Origin: Candidatus Undinarchaeota archaeon
GTDB taxonomy: Archaea > SpSt-1190 > JASMDC01
DNA: 64,000 bases
Assembly: GCA_964519305.1 (NCBI GenBank)
Contig: CAZFHY010000004.1
Location: 122,774-186,773 of the forward strand
Reading direction: 5' to 3'
Under the pieces are notes generated by a model. That model worked only from the letters and a program-made list of their open reading frames with translations. It had not been told where the DNA came from and did not search any database. Position numbers and translations under genes: made by a program. Below, piece after piece: positions 55,804-64,000 of this stretch (within the stretch, counting starts at the first letter, position 1; each line of letters begins with the position of its first letter).

Positions 55804-58547
55804 TCCTGTGACAGGCGGACCCTGGTAGTCCCATCGCGCTCCTCCAGGAGGAAGGATTCGGAGTGGCCCAGGATGTGCTCAATCTCTTGTATGAGCCCTA
55901 CAGTGCAGATGTCACGACGGAATCGGCGCACACGTGTACCTATCAGGCCTATCCGTTCGAAGGGTCGAAGTGCCACCTCAAGTACACCGATGTAGAGCTC
56001 GCTCTCATGTGTCACGTTCTCGATAAGGTGTTTGACGAGGCGCTCCTTGGAGACAACGCCGCCGTTGCGGGCGATGATGTTACGGATATGCTTCTTTATC
56101 ACGCTCGACCGACCGTGTCGGATGTACTCCACACCGAAGATGACACCGATCAGACCGGGGAGCAGGTACCCGATGAACATGGCCGCTGCCTTGAACTGCT
56201 CGTACGAGAGGGTCGGCTCGTGCACGACCTTCTCTACGGCCTCGCTGATGTGAGTGGCGAAGTAGATGAAGTAGACGAAGATGATGAAGATCTCCAAGAT
56301 CTCCAGCGTACCCTGCATGAGACGCATCTCGTCGAAGATGGACACGAACTGGTCCTGCAGCTCGATGTTCCGCTCCCGCATCTCCATGGTATAGGAGGAT
56401 TGGACCAGCGAATCGAGGTCGTTGAGCTTCTCCTTGATCGATGTATGGAGGACATCGATGCGGAACTCCTTCATCGTCTGGTTAAGAACATCGTGAAGGA
56501 GCATGGACTGTATGTGCATGTCGAGCTTGATGGCGTCCACCAGCCGCGTCTTTGTCTTGGCGATGTCTAGGAACGCCAATCGTAGCTTCTCCAGTTCCTC
56601 TGCACCCTTGTGGCGCTTCAGCGCCATGCGATGCTCAAGGAGAAGGGCGTCGATCTCTGCATCGATGCGGGCCAGCATAACCTCGCGCATACCTAGGAGC
56701 TCAACGGTGAGGATCAGATCCTGCATGAAGCCGCGGTACTGCTCGCTCTCGGCCGCCAGTGGCATGTTGAGCAGCAGCCCCTTCTCGGTGAGCAGGATGA
56801 GCTCGGTTGTGGAGTTGGAGATGTCGTTATCGATGACCCGTTGTACGAAGGATGGCCGATAGTCACGCCATGCGGTAGCTGCCGAGCGGGCCAGTCCCAC
56901 CACCTGCTTGTTCTTCTCAGAGTAAGGATCGGCGTCCAGGAAGAGGCGCTCGTCCATGAACAGACGGATTACGAAGCGATGGTAGATCACCTCACGGTAG
57001 GCGTCGCCGTCGCGTCGGTACACGGTGCCTGTCTTTGCGATGCGTATGCCCGATTCCAGGGCGAATGGGATCCTACTCTCCTCGTCACGCTCGTAGCAGT
57101 CGTTCCAGCATACGGCGAACGTCCGCCACACGGCTGTGGCGATGCGAACCATCCGGCCCGAAAGCTTCGATTCCAGCCGAGAGATGTCAGCAAGGTCCAT
57201 GTCACTTGTTCTGGGGCGGGCGCGCAGGCGGATGCTCACGATCCCAGCTTCGGATATGCGCACTTCGGGGCTGAACACTTCGACCTTGTCGCTCCCGATA
57301 CGCAGCACCTCCCAGTACTCCTCACCCTCGAGACGGGATACGTACTGGAATCCCTTGATCGTTGTGTAAGAAGCATCCTTTCCTTTCGAGCGCACGCGAG
57401 TGATGATGTTCTTCGAGGCCAGCCCTTCAAGTGCCGCCGCTACACGCCACTCGCTCCCCTCAACGAACTGGTTGATCTCGGTAACTGTCGCGGTCTTGCG
57501 TCGGGTCTGGGCGCACACTTCGCCGATGGCGTTCACGAGCTCGAGCTCGGCCTCGGAGAGGCGGACTATGTTCTGCTCCATTGAGGATGGCACGATGCGC
57601 AGAGGTACGTACTTCGTGGCGAACTCCTCGGTGAACGCCTGCTCATGTTTACGACCCTCACGACCGATCGAGCGGAAGTAGGTGATACGCTTGGCATAGA
57701 GCTCCACCATCTTCTCCACGGTATTGAGGCGCTCCATGTTCTCCACCGCAGGGATGGGGACGTTGAGGTGATAGAGCGACACCATCCGTCCTATGAGCAC
57801 AGAGGCCTCGAACACGAACGACTCGAGCGCCTTGAGGTAGGCGACGGCCTTCCCGAGGATCTTGGGATTCTGGAATTCGGCGGCCATCTCGACAAGTCGG
57901 ACGTGCTCCCGGGCGTTCCCAAGGTGGAACTCCTTGCTCTGCAGCGTTGCAAGGACGTCCTTTGTGGCGGTACCGTCGGGGATGTAGCACATGGACTTAG
58001 CGAGATTCGTGTACCGACGGGTCATCTCGCCCAGCACGTACTCCTTGCTGCGTGAGTGGTCCTTCCGCAGGTCGAGCTCGTCACCCTCGATGGATGAGAG
58101 CAGGCCAAGACACATAGTGAAAGCATCGGTGAGCTTATTGATCGTCTCGTTGATGAGCTGCTCTAGGTCCGCGGTATTGTTGCACAGGAGGTAGAGGAGT
58201 ATGATATTGAGGTCCGAACTGGTGAGGAGCTTGGTCTTCCCACGCAGTTCCACGAACCCCCTCCACGTCAACTTCGTCCCCAATAAGGTGGAGATCGATT
58301 CCGCGAAGTCCTTACCTGAGAACGAACGGTCACGCTCGATGAGAGATACAGCATGGCGGACCTGCGGGATGCTCACCGAGTAGAAGGGAACATCAAGCTC
58401 ATGGAGCCTCATCCCTAGACCGTCGAGGTCCAGCTCTGAGACCTTAGGATTCTTTGCGACCTCCATGAGATCGAAGGTAAATATGTAGTAGAGGTCGGGT
58501 GCCCTGAAAACCAGGGGATTCTCTGCAGGGGGCTCTCCCTTGGGCAT
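55785..58547 (-). CDS. Large hypothetical protein with internal wHTH and CorA-like helical/two-TM C-terminal region
   Basis: 920 aa; ATVTEI...VAAALEGLASKNIITRV wHTH; long helices ending in two TM segments. Confidence 0.6.
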   Translation of the reverse strand: MPKGEPPAENPLVFRAPDLYYIFTFDLMEVAKNPKVSELDLDGLGMRLHELDVPFYSVSIPQVRHAVSLIERDRSFSGKDFAESISTLLGTKLTWRGFVELRGKTKLLTSSDLNIILLYLLCNNTADLEQLINETINKLTDAFTMCLGLLSSIEGDELDLRKDHSRSKEYVLGEMTRRYTNLAKSMCYIPDGTATKDVLATLQSKEFHLGNAREHVRLVEMAAEFQNPKILGKAVAYLKALESFVFEASVLIGRMVSLYHLNVPIPAVENMERLNTVEKMVELYAKRITYFRSIGREGRKHEQAFTEEFATKYVPLRIVPSSMEQNIVRLSEAELELVNAIGEVCAQTRRKTATVTEINQFVEGSEWRVAAALEGLASKNIITRVRSKGKDASYTTIKGFQYVSRLEGEEYWEVLRIGSDKVEVFSPEVRISEAGIVSIRLRARPRTSDMDLADISRLESKLSGRMVRIATAVWRTFAVCWNDCYERDEESRIPFALESGIRIAKTGTVYRRDGDAYREVIYHRFVIRLFMDERLFLDADPYSEKNKQVVGLARSAATAWRDYRPSFVQRVIDNDISNSTTELILLTEKGLLLNMPLAAESEQYRGFMQDLILTVELLGMREVMLARIDAEIDALLLEHRMALKRHKGAEELEKLRLAFLDIAKTKTRLVDAIKLDMHIQSMLLHDVLNQTMKEFRIDVLHTSIKEKLNDLDSLVQSSYTMEMRERNIELQDQFVSIFDEMRLMQGTLEILEIFIIFVYFIYFATHISEAVEKVVHEPTLSYEQFKAAAMFIGYLLPGLIGVIFGVEYIRHGRSSVIKKHIRNIIARNGGVVSKERLVKHLIENVTHESELYIGVLEVALRPFERIGLIGTRVRRFRRDICTVGLIQEIEHILGHSESFLLEERDGTTRVRLSQDYGPEA

Positions 58548-59150
58548 CTATCTCTTCTCCTTGCCCCCCACACGCTTCAGTTCCTTCTCGACCTTGTCCT
58601 CTTTCTGCTTGACCTCTTCGAGCTCCTTCTCAATCCGCTCCTCGTCGGCCTCGACCTTCTCGAGCTCCTTCTCGACACGTTCCTCTTCCCGCTTCACATC
58701 ATCGATGTCGCGGTCCATTTCCGTGACTACGCGGCCTACGAGACGTGACCGGCGGACCTCGTCCTTCTTGACCTCTTCGAGCTCGCGTTCGATCTCTTCT
58801 TCCTCGGCCTCGACCTTCTCGAGCTCCCTCTCCACGCGCTCCTCCTCACGTCGTACCTCCTCGAGCTCACGCTCAAGGATCTCCTCTTCGGCCTCGACCT
58901 TCTCTATCTCGACCTCCTGGGAGCAGATGCGCACCTCGAGGTGGGCAAGGTGGAGCCATAGCTCACCTATGCAAATGAGGATGATTATCTCAGTGCAGGC
59001 CGTGAACACGAGCATGTTCAGGTCCTGTATGTTCCCTGCCACCCTGATGGCGAGGAAGAACAACGAGAATATCAGCATGAGCACGACTAGGTCGTGATAC
59101 TCATGAGGTTTGAAGCTGGAAACGCGGGGCATGTATAAGTCACCCATCAT
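58548..59150 (-). CDS. Two-TM protein with repetitive E/K/R coiled-coil tail
   Basis: Two hydrophobic helices followed by ELE(K/E)V units on a 14-residue period. Confidence 0.7.
   Translation of the reverse strand: MMGDLYMPRVSSFKPHEYHDLVVLMLIFSLFFLAIRVAGNIQDLNMLVFTACTEIIILICIGELWLHLAHLEVRICSQEVEIEKVEAEEEILERELEEVRREEERVERELEKVEAEEEEIERELEEVKKDEVRRSRLVGRVVTEMDRDIDDVKREEERVEKELEKVEADEERIEKELEEVKQKEDKVEKELKRVGGKEKR
58645..58904. repeat. Intragenic direct repeats
   Basis: TCGGCCTCGACCTTCTC occurs at 58645, 58804 and 58888, with in-frame spacings of 159 and 84 nt. Confidence 0.8.
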
Positions 59151-59198
59151 ACAATGTCATGTCAAGCTTGAAATAGCTTTACTTCCCGTCCTCTATCC

Positions 59199-60137
59199 AT
59201 GGTGGCCAAGAACGTCATCGAGACCCACGACCGGATCAAGGACATGAGCATACGCGGAGCGGAGCGGATCGCTGTCGGAGCTACCTCTGCCATGCGTGAC
59301 TCCTTGGCAGCAGAACGGGCCGACGACGTGGATAAACTGATGGCCCGACTCGAGGAGGACGGCGAATACCTCGCAAAAGCACGCCCCTCGGCCGTCACTC
59401 TCCCGAACGCTGTTAACTTCGTTCTCGTGACCGCGCGGAGGCTGGTTGCTGAGAACCCGGGAGCAGACCCGTTCCGTCGAGAGCTCACCAAGGTAATTGA
59501 GGCGTTCATCAAAGAGACTAGGGAGGCCATCCCGAAGATCGGACGTATCGGTGCTCGTCGGGTGCAGGACGGGTACACGATCATGACCCACTGCAACTCG
59601 TCCACGGCCATCGCGGTCATCGCAGAAGCGCACCGACAGGGGAAGGACGTTCGCGCCATCTGTCATGAGACACGACCTTGGGGCCAGGGATACCTCACCG
59701 CGCAGCAGCTGTCCGAGGCGGGTGTGCCCACAACGCTCATAGTGGACTCGGGCATGCGCTACATGATGAAGAAGGAGAAGGTGGACCTGGTCGTCGTAGG
59801 TGCTGACTCGATCACGGCCCACGGTGCTGTGGTCAACAAGATCGGTACGAGCATCCTTGGTGTATGCGCCAAGGAGTCGCGTATCCAGTTCCTGGTGGCC
59901 GCACAGACGCTGAAGTTCGATCCGCGCACAATCATGGGCGACCTCGAGATCATCGAGGAACGCGATACCAGCGAGATCACCGACAAGAAGCTTCCGGGGG
60001 TCGAATTGCGGAACCCGGTGTTCGATATCACGCCCGCCGAGTATATCGACCTCATCATCACCGAGATCGGTGCGCTCCCGCCCAGCTACGTCATGAACGT
60101 ACTGAACGACAGGTTCGGGTGGGCCAAGGAAGAGTAG
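59199..60137 (+). CDS. Ribose-1,5-bisphosphate isomerase (eIF-2B family)
   Basis: IRGA, RPSAVTLPNA, THCNS, ETRP..QG, GAD, NKIGT and NPVFDITP. Confidence 0.88.
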   Translation: MVAKNVIETHDRIKDMSIRGAERIAVGATSAMRDSLAAERADDVDKLMARLEEDGEYLAKARPSAVTLPNAVNFVLVTARRLVAENPGADPFRRELTKVIEAFIKETREAIPKIGRIGARRVQDGYTIMTHCNSSTAIAVIAEAHRQGKDVRAICHETRPWGQGYLTAQQLSEAGVPTTLIVDSGMRYMMKKEKVDLVVVGADSITAHGAVVNKIGTSILGVCAKESRIQFLVAAQTLKFDPRTIMGDLEIIEERDTSEITDKKLPGVELRNPVFDITPAEYIDLIITEIGALPPSYVMNVLNDRFGWAKEE

Positions 60138-60176
60138 GCCGCCGTTCCTTGAGCGCCGGCACGGAGGTGGTAGCGA

Positions 60177-60881
60177 ATGAACAGTGATGACCGATGCGTG
60201 CTCGTGTTAGTCAACCAACCTGCCCCTGATGACATCAGGTCCCAACTGTCCGTCTCCCTTGGTACAGAGGTGGCCGCAGGCCTCTATCGCTGCTTCGTGG
60301 AGGATACGTTGGCTGCAGTTGACGAGATAGGAGTGCCTGTTGTGGTCTACGTCCATCCGCCTGACACCGTAGATGACGTGACAACCTGGCTCGGCAAGGA
60401 CCGAGCATTTAGACCGCAGAAAGGGGACGACCGTGGATCGCGGATGGCCGGTGCCTTCCGAACGGTCTTTGAGGAGGGGTACGAAAGGATCGTGCTCGTG
60501 AGCAGCAACAGCCCTGACCTCGATCCAGCTCTGGTGAGAGAGGCGCTCGATGCGCTGGATGGTTGCGACTCGGTCATCGGGCCAGCGCAGGATGGCGGTT
60601 ATTACCTCATCGGATTCTCGCGCAAGGGCTTCACGGCTGACGTGTTCGCTGATATCCCCTGGGGCACGTTCGATGTGCTCGGATGCACGCTCGACATTCT
60701 CGCACAGGCACGTCGCACGCTCCATTTCCTCCCTCCGTGGGGTGATGTGGACACCCTTGCGGACGTTCGGACGCTAGTCACGCGCAACCGGCACACAGCG
60801 TTCGTCTCATCCCGGACGATGGCGTTCCTGAAGAAGATCGAGAAGCTCCTTGACGATGAGCGAGCGCTCTCGGTAGAATAG
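60177..60881 (+). CDS. DUF2064 / TIGR04282-like glycosyltransferase
   Basis: Q.GDD.G.RM, SPDL, IGPAQDGGYYLIG, IPWGT and DVDT..D motifs. Confidence 0.85.
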   Translation: MNSDDRCVLVLVNQPAPDDIRSQLSVSLGTEVAAGLYRCFVEDTLAAVDEIGVPVVVYVHPPDTVDDVTTWLGKDRAFRPQKGDDRGSRMAGAFRTVFEEGYERIVLVSSNSPDLDPALVREALDALDGCDSVIGPAQDGGYYLIGFSRKGFTADVFADIPWGTFDVLGCTLDILAQARRTLHFLPPWGDVDTLADVRTLVTRNRHTAFVSSRTMAFLKKIEKLLDDERALSVE

Positions 60882-60943
60882 CGGTATCGCGCCGGGGAGG
60901 CACGTTAAATAATCCACTGTCTAATCTACATCGAGGTATCGAC

Positions 60944-61411
60944 ATGAACGACGTGACAGTCATCCAGATCAAACCCCAGACCGTGATAGGTCTGCGCAAG
61001 CGTGGACCGTACAGCCTAATCCCTACGCTGCTCAAGGAACTGTACGAGTTCGCCATGGAGAAGGGCATCCCTGTCACGGGTCACCCGACGTTCGTGTGTC
61101 ATGAGACCGCCGAGGAGGCCATGGAGGCGATGAAGACCGGTAACGCTGACGTCGAGGTCGCAGTTCCTGTGTCAGGGAAGGTCGAAGTGACAGGGGACAT
61201 CAAATGCTATGAGCTACCCGGGGGCACCATGGCCCGGATCATTCACAAGGGGCCGTACGGGGCGTGCGAGCCAACCTACCTGCGTCTCTTCGCCTGGCTG
61301 GAGGAGAACGGTAAGCAGCTTGCAGGTCCCACCCGCGAGCTCTATCTCAACGATCCTCGAGAGGTCGGCCCCAGCGAGACCCTGACGGAGATCCATGCTC
61401 CGATCGAATAA
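60944..61411 (+). CDS. GyrI-like small-molecule-binding protein
   Basis: LPGG, HKGPY and RELYLNDP...TEI..P motifs. Confidence 0.88.
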   Translation: MNDVTVIQIKPQTVIGLRKRGPYSLIPTLLKELYEFAMEKGIPVTGHPTFVCHETAEEAMEAMKTGNADVEVAVPVSGKVEVTGDIKCYELPGGTMARIIHKGPYGACEPTYLRLFAWLEENGKQLAGPTRELYLNDPREVGPSETLTEIHAPIE

Positions 61412-61483
61412 CCCTACTAGAAGTGCTTTCCCGCGTCGGGCATAGGGCTTTAAACTATAGGTCGTCCCGTCGACCGGACGGAC

Positions 61484-62086
61484 ATGGCCCCTGACGAACT
61501 GTGGAAACGGCTCGCCGCATTGGAACCCGCCGAGGTCGCCCGCAGGGCCGGGGTCAGGTTGGACGTCGACGGCGTGTACCTTGTGGACGTGCTGGATGAG
61601 GTCTATCGCGTCGATCCGCGTGCTCGTAATATCATCCGGACCGAGCCGTCGGATCCGACCCGGCCTGATTTCAACCTCAACATCGCTCTGATCGCTTACC
61701 TGATCGGTGCCGAGGCAGTCGATCCTGCCGGTGAATGGGTGGGGCCACGCGACCTCCCCGGCGGCCGCGAGTTCTTCATCAGGCATCACGAGGTGCCCGT
61801 CCGCAGGATCGTCGAGCGCTTCGGGAGCGACCAGGAGGCGTTCGAGAAGGCGTGCAAGCAGCTTGGAGGCAAACCTGAGCGGTACGCGGATGCAGCGTTC
61901 TCCTTCCAATTGCTCCCTCGCCTGCCTATCGCCGTCCTGCTCTGGGTGGAGGACGAGGAGTTCCCCGCACGGGCCACCATGATGGTGGACCGTACCGCTG
62001 GCCGACACTTCCAGCTCGATGCCCTCTGGGCCGGTATGAAGGTCGTCCGGAGCGCACTGGTCGCTGCCGCTGGCCCGAATGGTTAA
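61484..62086 (+). CDS. DUF3786-like protein
   Basis: YL, W...DLPGG..FF, LPRLP...LW..DEEFP and LD motifs. Confidence 0.75.
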   Translation: MAPDELWKRLAALEPAEVARRAGVRLDVDGVYLVDVLDEVYRVDPRARNIIRTEPSDPTRPDFNLNIALIAYLIGAEAVDPAGEWVGPRDLPGGREFFIRHHEVPVRRIVERFGSDQEAFEKACKQLGGKPERYADAAFSFQLLPRLPIAVLLWVEDEEFPARATMMVDRTAGRHFQLDALWAGMKVVRSALVAAAGPNG

Positions 62087-63968
62087 TAAGCTTGAACGGC
62101 AGATGAAGGACCGAATGGAGCTTAAGAAGGAGCTGAACCTCCTCCACCTTGTCGGCATCGCCTCTGGGGCGATGATCAGCTCGGGCCTCTTCGTACTGCC
62201 AGGGGTGGTGTTCGCGAAGACGGGGCCCGGTATCATCCTTGCTTATGCACTGGCAAGCCTCCTCGTGGTTCCCGGCCTGCTCTCCAAGGCCGAGATCTCC
62301 ACGGCCATGCCCAAGGCCGGCGGGGACTACTTCTTCATCGACCGGAGCATGGGCCCCCGGCTGGGGACAGTGGCCGGGTTCGCCGCGTGGTTCGCCTTGG
62401 CCCTGAAAAGCGCCTTCGCCCTCCTAGGAATGGGGGTGATGTTCGTGCTGCTGGAGCCGAGCATTCCCGTCACCCACATCAAGCTCACCGCCGTCGTCTG
62501 CTGCCTGTTCTTCACGGCGGTGAACATCGAGGGGATCAAGCTCACGGGCGGGCTCCAGACCACCATGGTGGCCGTCCTCATCCTGCTCCTCTTCGCCTAC
62601 GTGGGCCTCGGCGCCCGGGCAGTGGAGATGGACCGCCTCACCCCCCTCATGCCCTACGGTCTCGGCTCGGTGCTCGCGACGACGGGCGTCATCTTCATAT
62701 CGTTCGGGGGCCTCACGAAAGTGGCCAGCGTCTCGGAGGAGGTCAAGGATCCCGGGCGCGACCTCCCCCGGGGCATGTTCATCTCCTGGCTGCTGGTGTC
62801 GTTCCTTTATTTCGCGGTGATGTTCGTCACAGTGGGGCTGGTGGACGGTCAGGAGCTGGCGGGTTCCCTCACCCCAATCTCTCTTGGAGCTGGCTCGCTG
62901 GCGGGGTTCAGCGGTAGCGCTGTCATGGCCATCGCTGCCATCCTGGCCTTCATCACCACTGCCAACGCCGGGATCCTCGCCGCGTCACGGACAGCCATGG
63001 CCATGGGCAGGGACGAGCTCATCCCCCGCTGCTTCGAGCGGGTGTCGTCACGGGGCACCCCGTGGGTCGCCATCCTCGTCACATCCGCGTTCATGGTCGC
63101 CGTGATACTGTTCATTGACATCCCCACCCTCGTCAAGACGGCGTCCACCCTCTCGCTGATACTGTTCATGCTGGTGAACCTCGCCGTGATCCTCATGCGA
63201 GAGAGCAACGTGCAGTACTACCGCCCCAAGTTCCGCTGTCCGGGCTACCCGTGGGTCCAGATTATCGGGATCGTCTTCTATGGGCTCCTCATCGGGATGA
63301 TGGGCCTGACCCAGCTGGTCCTCGTGGGTGCGTTCGTCACCGCTTCCTTCCTGTGGTACCTCCTCTACGCCCGGGGTACCATCGACCGACAGTACGCCCT
63401 CCTCCACATGGTCGAGCGGATCGTCGGCATCAGGACCACCACCTATCTTCTCGACGAGGAGCTGAGGGAGATCCTGATGGTGCGGGACGACGTGAGTGAT
63501 GCTCGCTTCATCGAGCTGATCGGTAACGCCGTGGTGCTCGATCTACCGAAAGCTCCTACTCCGAGCTCGTTCTCACGCTCCGTGGCACGGGCCCTCGCAC
63601 CACGCCTGGACATGCGGACGAGCGACCTCTACCAGCTCCTGATGGAGCGGGAGGCGCGGGATACCAAGCTGATCAAGCCAGGGAGCGCCGTCCTGTCCGT
63701 CCCCATCAAGGGGCACAGCGGTTTCGAAATCGTCATGGTACGATGCAAGGACGGTATATCCCTGGGGAAGGGCTCTCCGCCGGTGTATGCTCTCTTCATC
63801 ATCGCCTCCTCCCATGACGAGCACACGTTCTACCTCCATACCGTCACATGGATCACCGAGGTGGTCGAGGAGACTATCTTCGACGGGGAGTGGCTGCTCG
63901 CCAGGGAACCGGAGGAGCTTCGTGACGTTATCCTGATGCTTAAGGGCATGGAAGAGGTCGAGCTCTGA
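62079..63968 (+). CDS. APC family amino acid permease with C-terminal PTS EIIA-like domain
   Basis: GAMISSGLF, MPKAGG.Y, SEEVKDP, ASR and GTP motifs; the soluble tail resembles EIIA (L.ERE...PVYALF..H). The start may be at a downstream ATG. Confidence 0.88.
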   Translation: MVNKLERQMKDRMELKKELNLLHLVGIASGAMISSGLFVLPGVVFAKTGPGIILAYALASLLVVPGLLSKAEISTAMPKAGGDYFFIDRSMGPRLGTVAGFAAWFALALKSAFALLGMGVMFVLLEPSIPVTHIKLTAVVCCLFFTAVNIEGIKLTGGLQTTMVAVLILLLFAYVGLGARAVEMDRLTPLMPYGLGSVLATTGVIFISFGGLTKVASVSEEVKDPGRDLPRGMFISWLLVSFLYFAVMFVTVGLVDGQELAGSLTPISLGAGSLAGFSGSAVMAIAAILAFITTANAGILAASRTAMAMGRDELIPRCFERVSSRGTPWVAILVTSAFMVAVILFIDIPTLVKTASTLSLILFMLVNLAVILMRESNVQYYRPKFRCPGYPWVQIIGIVFYGLLIGMMGLTQLVLVGAFVTASFLWYLLYARGTIDRQYALLHMVERIVGIRTTTYLLDEELREILMVRDDVSDARFIELIGNAVVLDLPKAPTPSSFSRSVARALAPRLDMRTSDLYQLLMEREARDTKLIKPGSAVLSVPIKGHSGFEIVMVRCKDGISLGKGSPPVYALFIIASSHDEHTFYLHTVTWITEVVEETIFDGEWLLAREPEELRDVILMLKGMEEVEL

Positions 63969-64000
63969 GCAAGAAAGGATAGGCGCCGAGGAGGGGATTT

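Noticed and set aside
58548-58930. Direct repeats as a CRISPR array
   Set aside because: The repeats are in frame within a coiled-coil gene, irregularly spaced, and have no unique spacers or cas genes.

Overview
A GC-rich, gene-dense piece of an archaeal chromosome. The archaeal call rests on archaeal-type MetRS, Asd, YchF, HerA/NurA, a gamma-delta-alpha-beta oxoacid:ferredoxin oxidoreductase, ribose-1,5-bisphosphate isomerase, TATA-box promoters and a PGF-CTERM-like tail; the lifestyle is probably anaerobic. Housekeeping genes are interleaved with two accessory biosynthetic blocks (about 8.3-17.8 kb and 41.1-54.5 kb). Together these encode five U32-family Fe-S proteins plus a divergent U32-like partner, four radical SAM enzymes (one Tes/MJ0619-like), a NodU-type carbamoyltransferase, a PP-loop ATPase, two UPF0104 flippase-like proteins and two GT-C glycosyltransferases. 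Three of the U32 genes carry the same 10-mer (CTTTATCAAG) exactly 21 nt upstream of a GTG start, which links the two blocks. The best candidate for an undescribed system is this U32/radical SAM/GT-C set, inferred to be an O2-independent tailoring pathway for a membrane-linked substrate. Also present are a decayed tnpB with an intact right end, a class III RNR with a vicinal Cys-Cys beside thioredoxin and ferredoxin, a tandem pair of orphan paralogs, a very Cys-rich surface protein and a candidate structured ncRNA. I saw no rRNA, tRNA or CRISPR array. All calls come from reading motifs by eye, with no database search.
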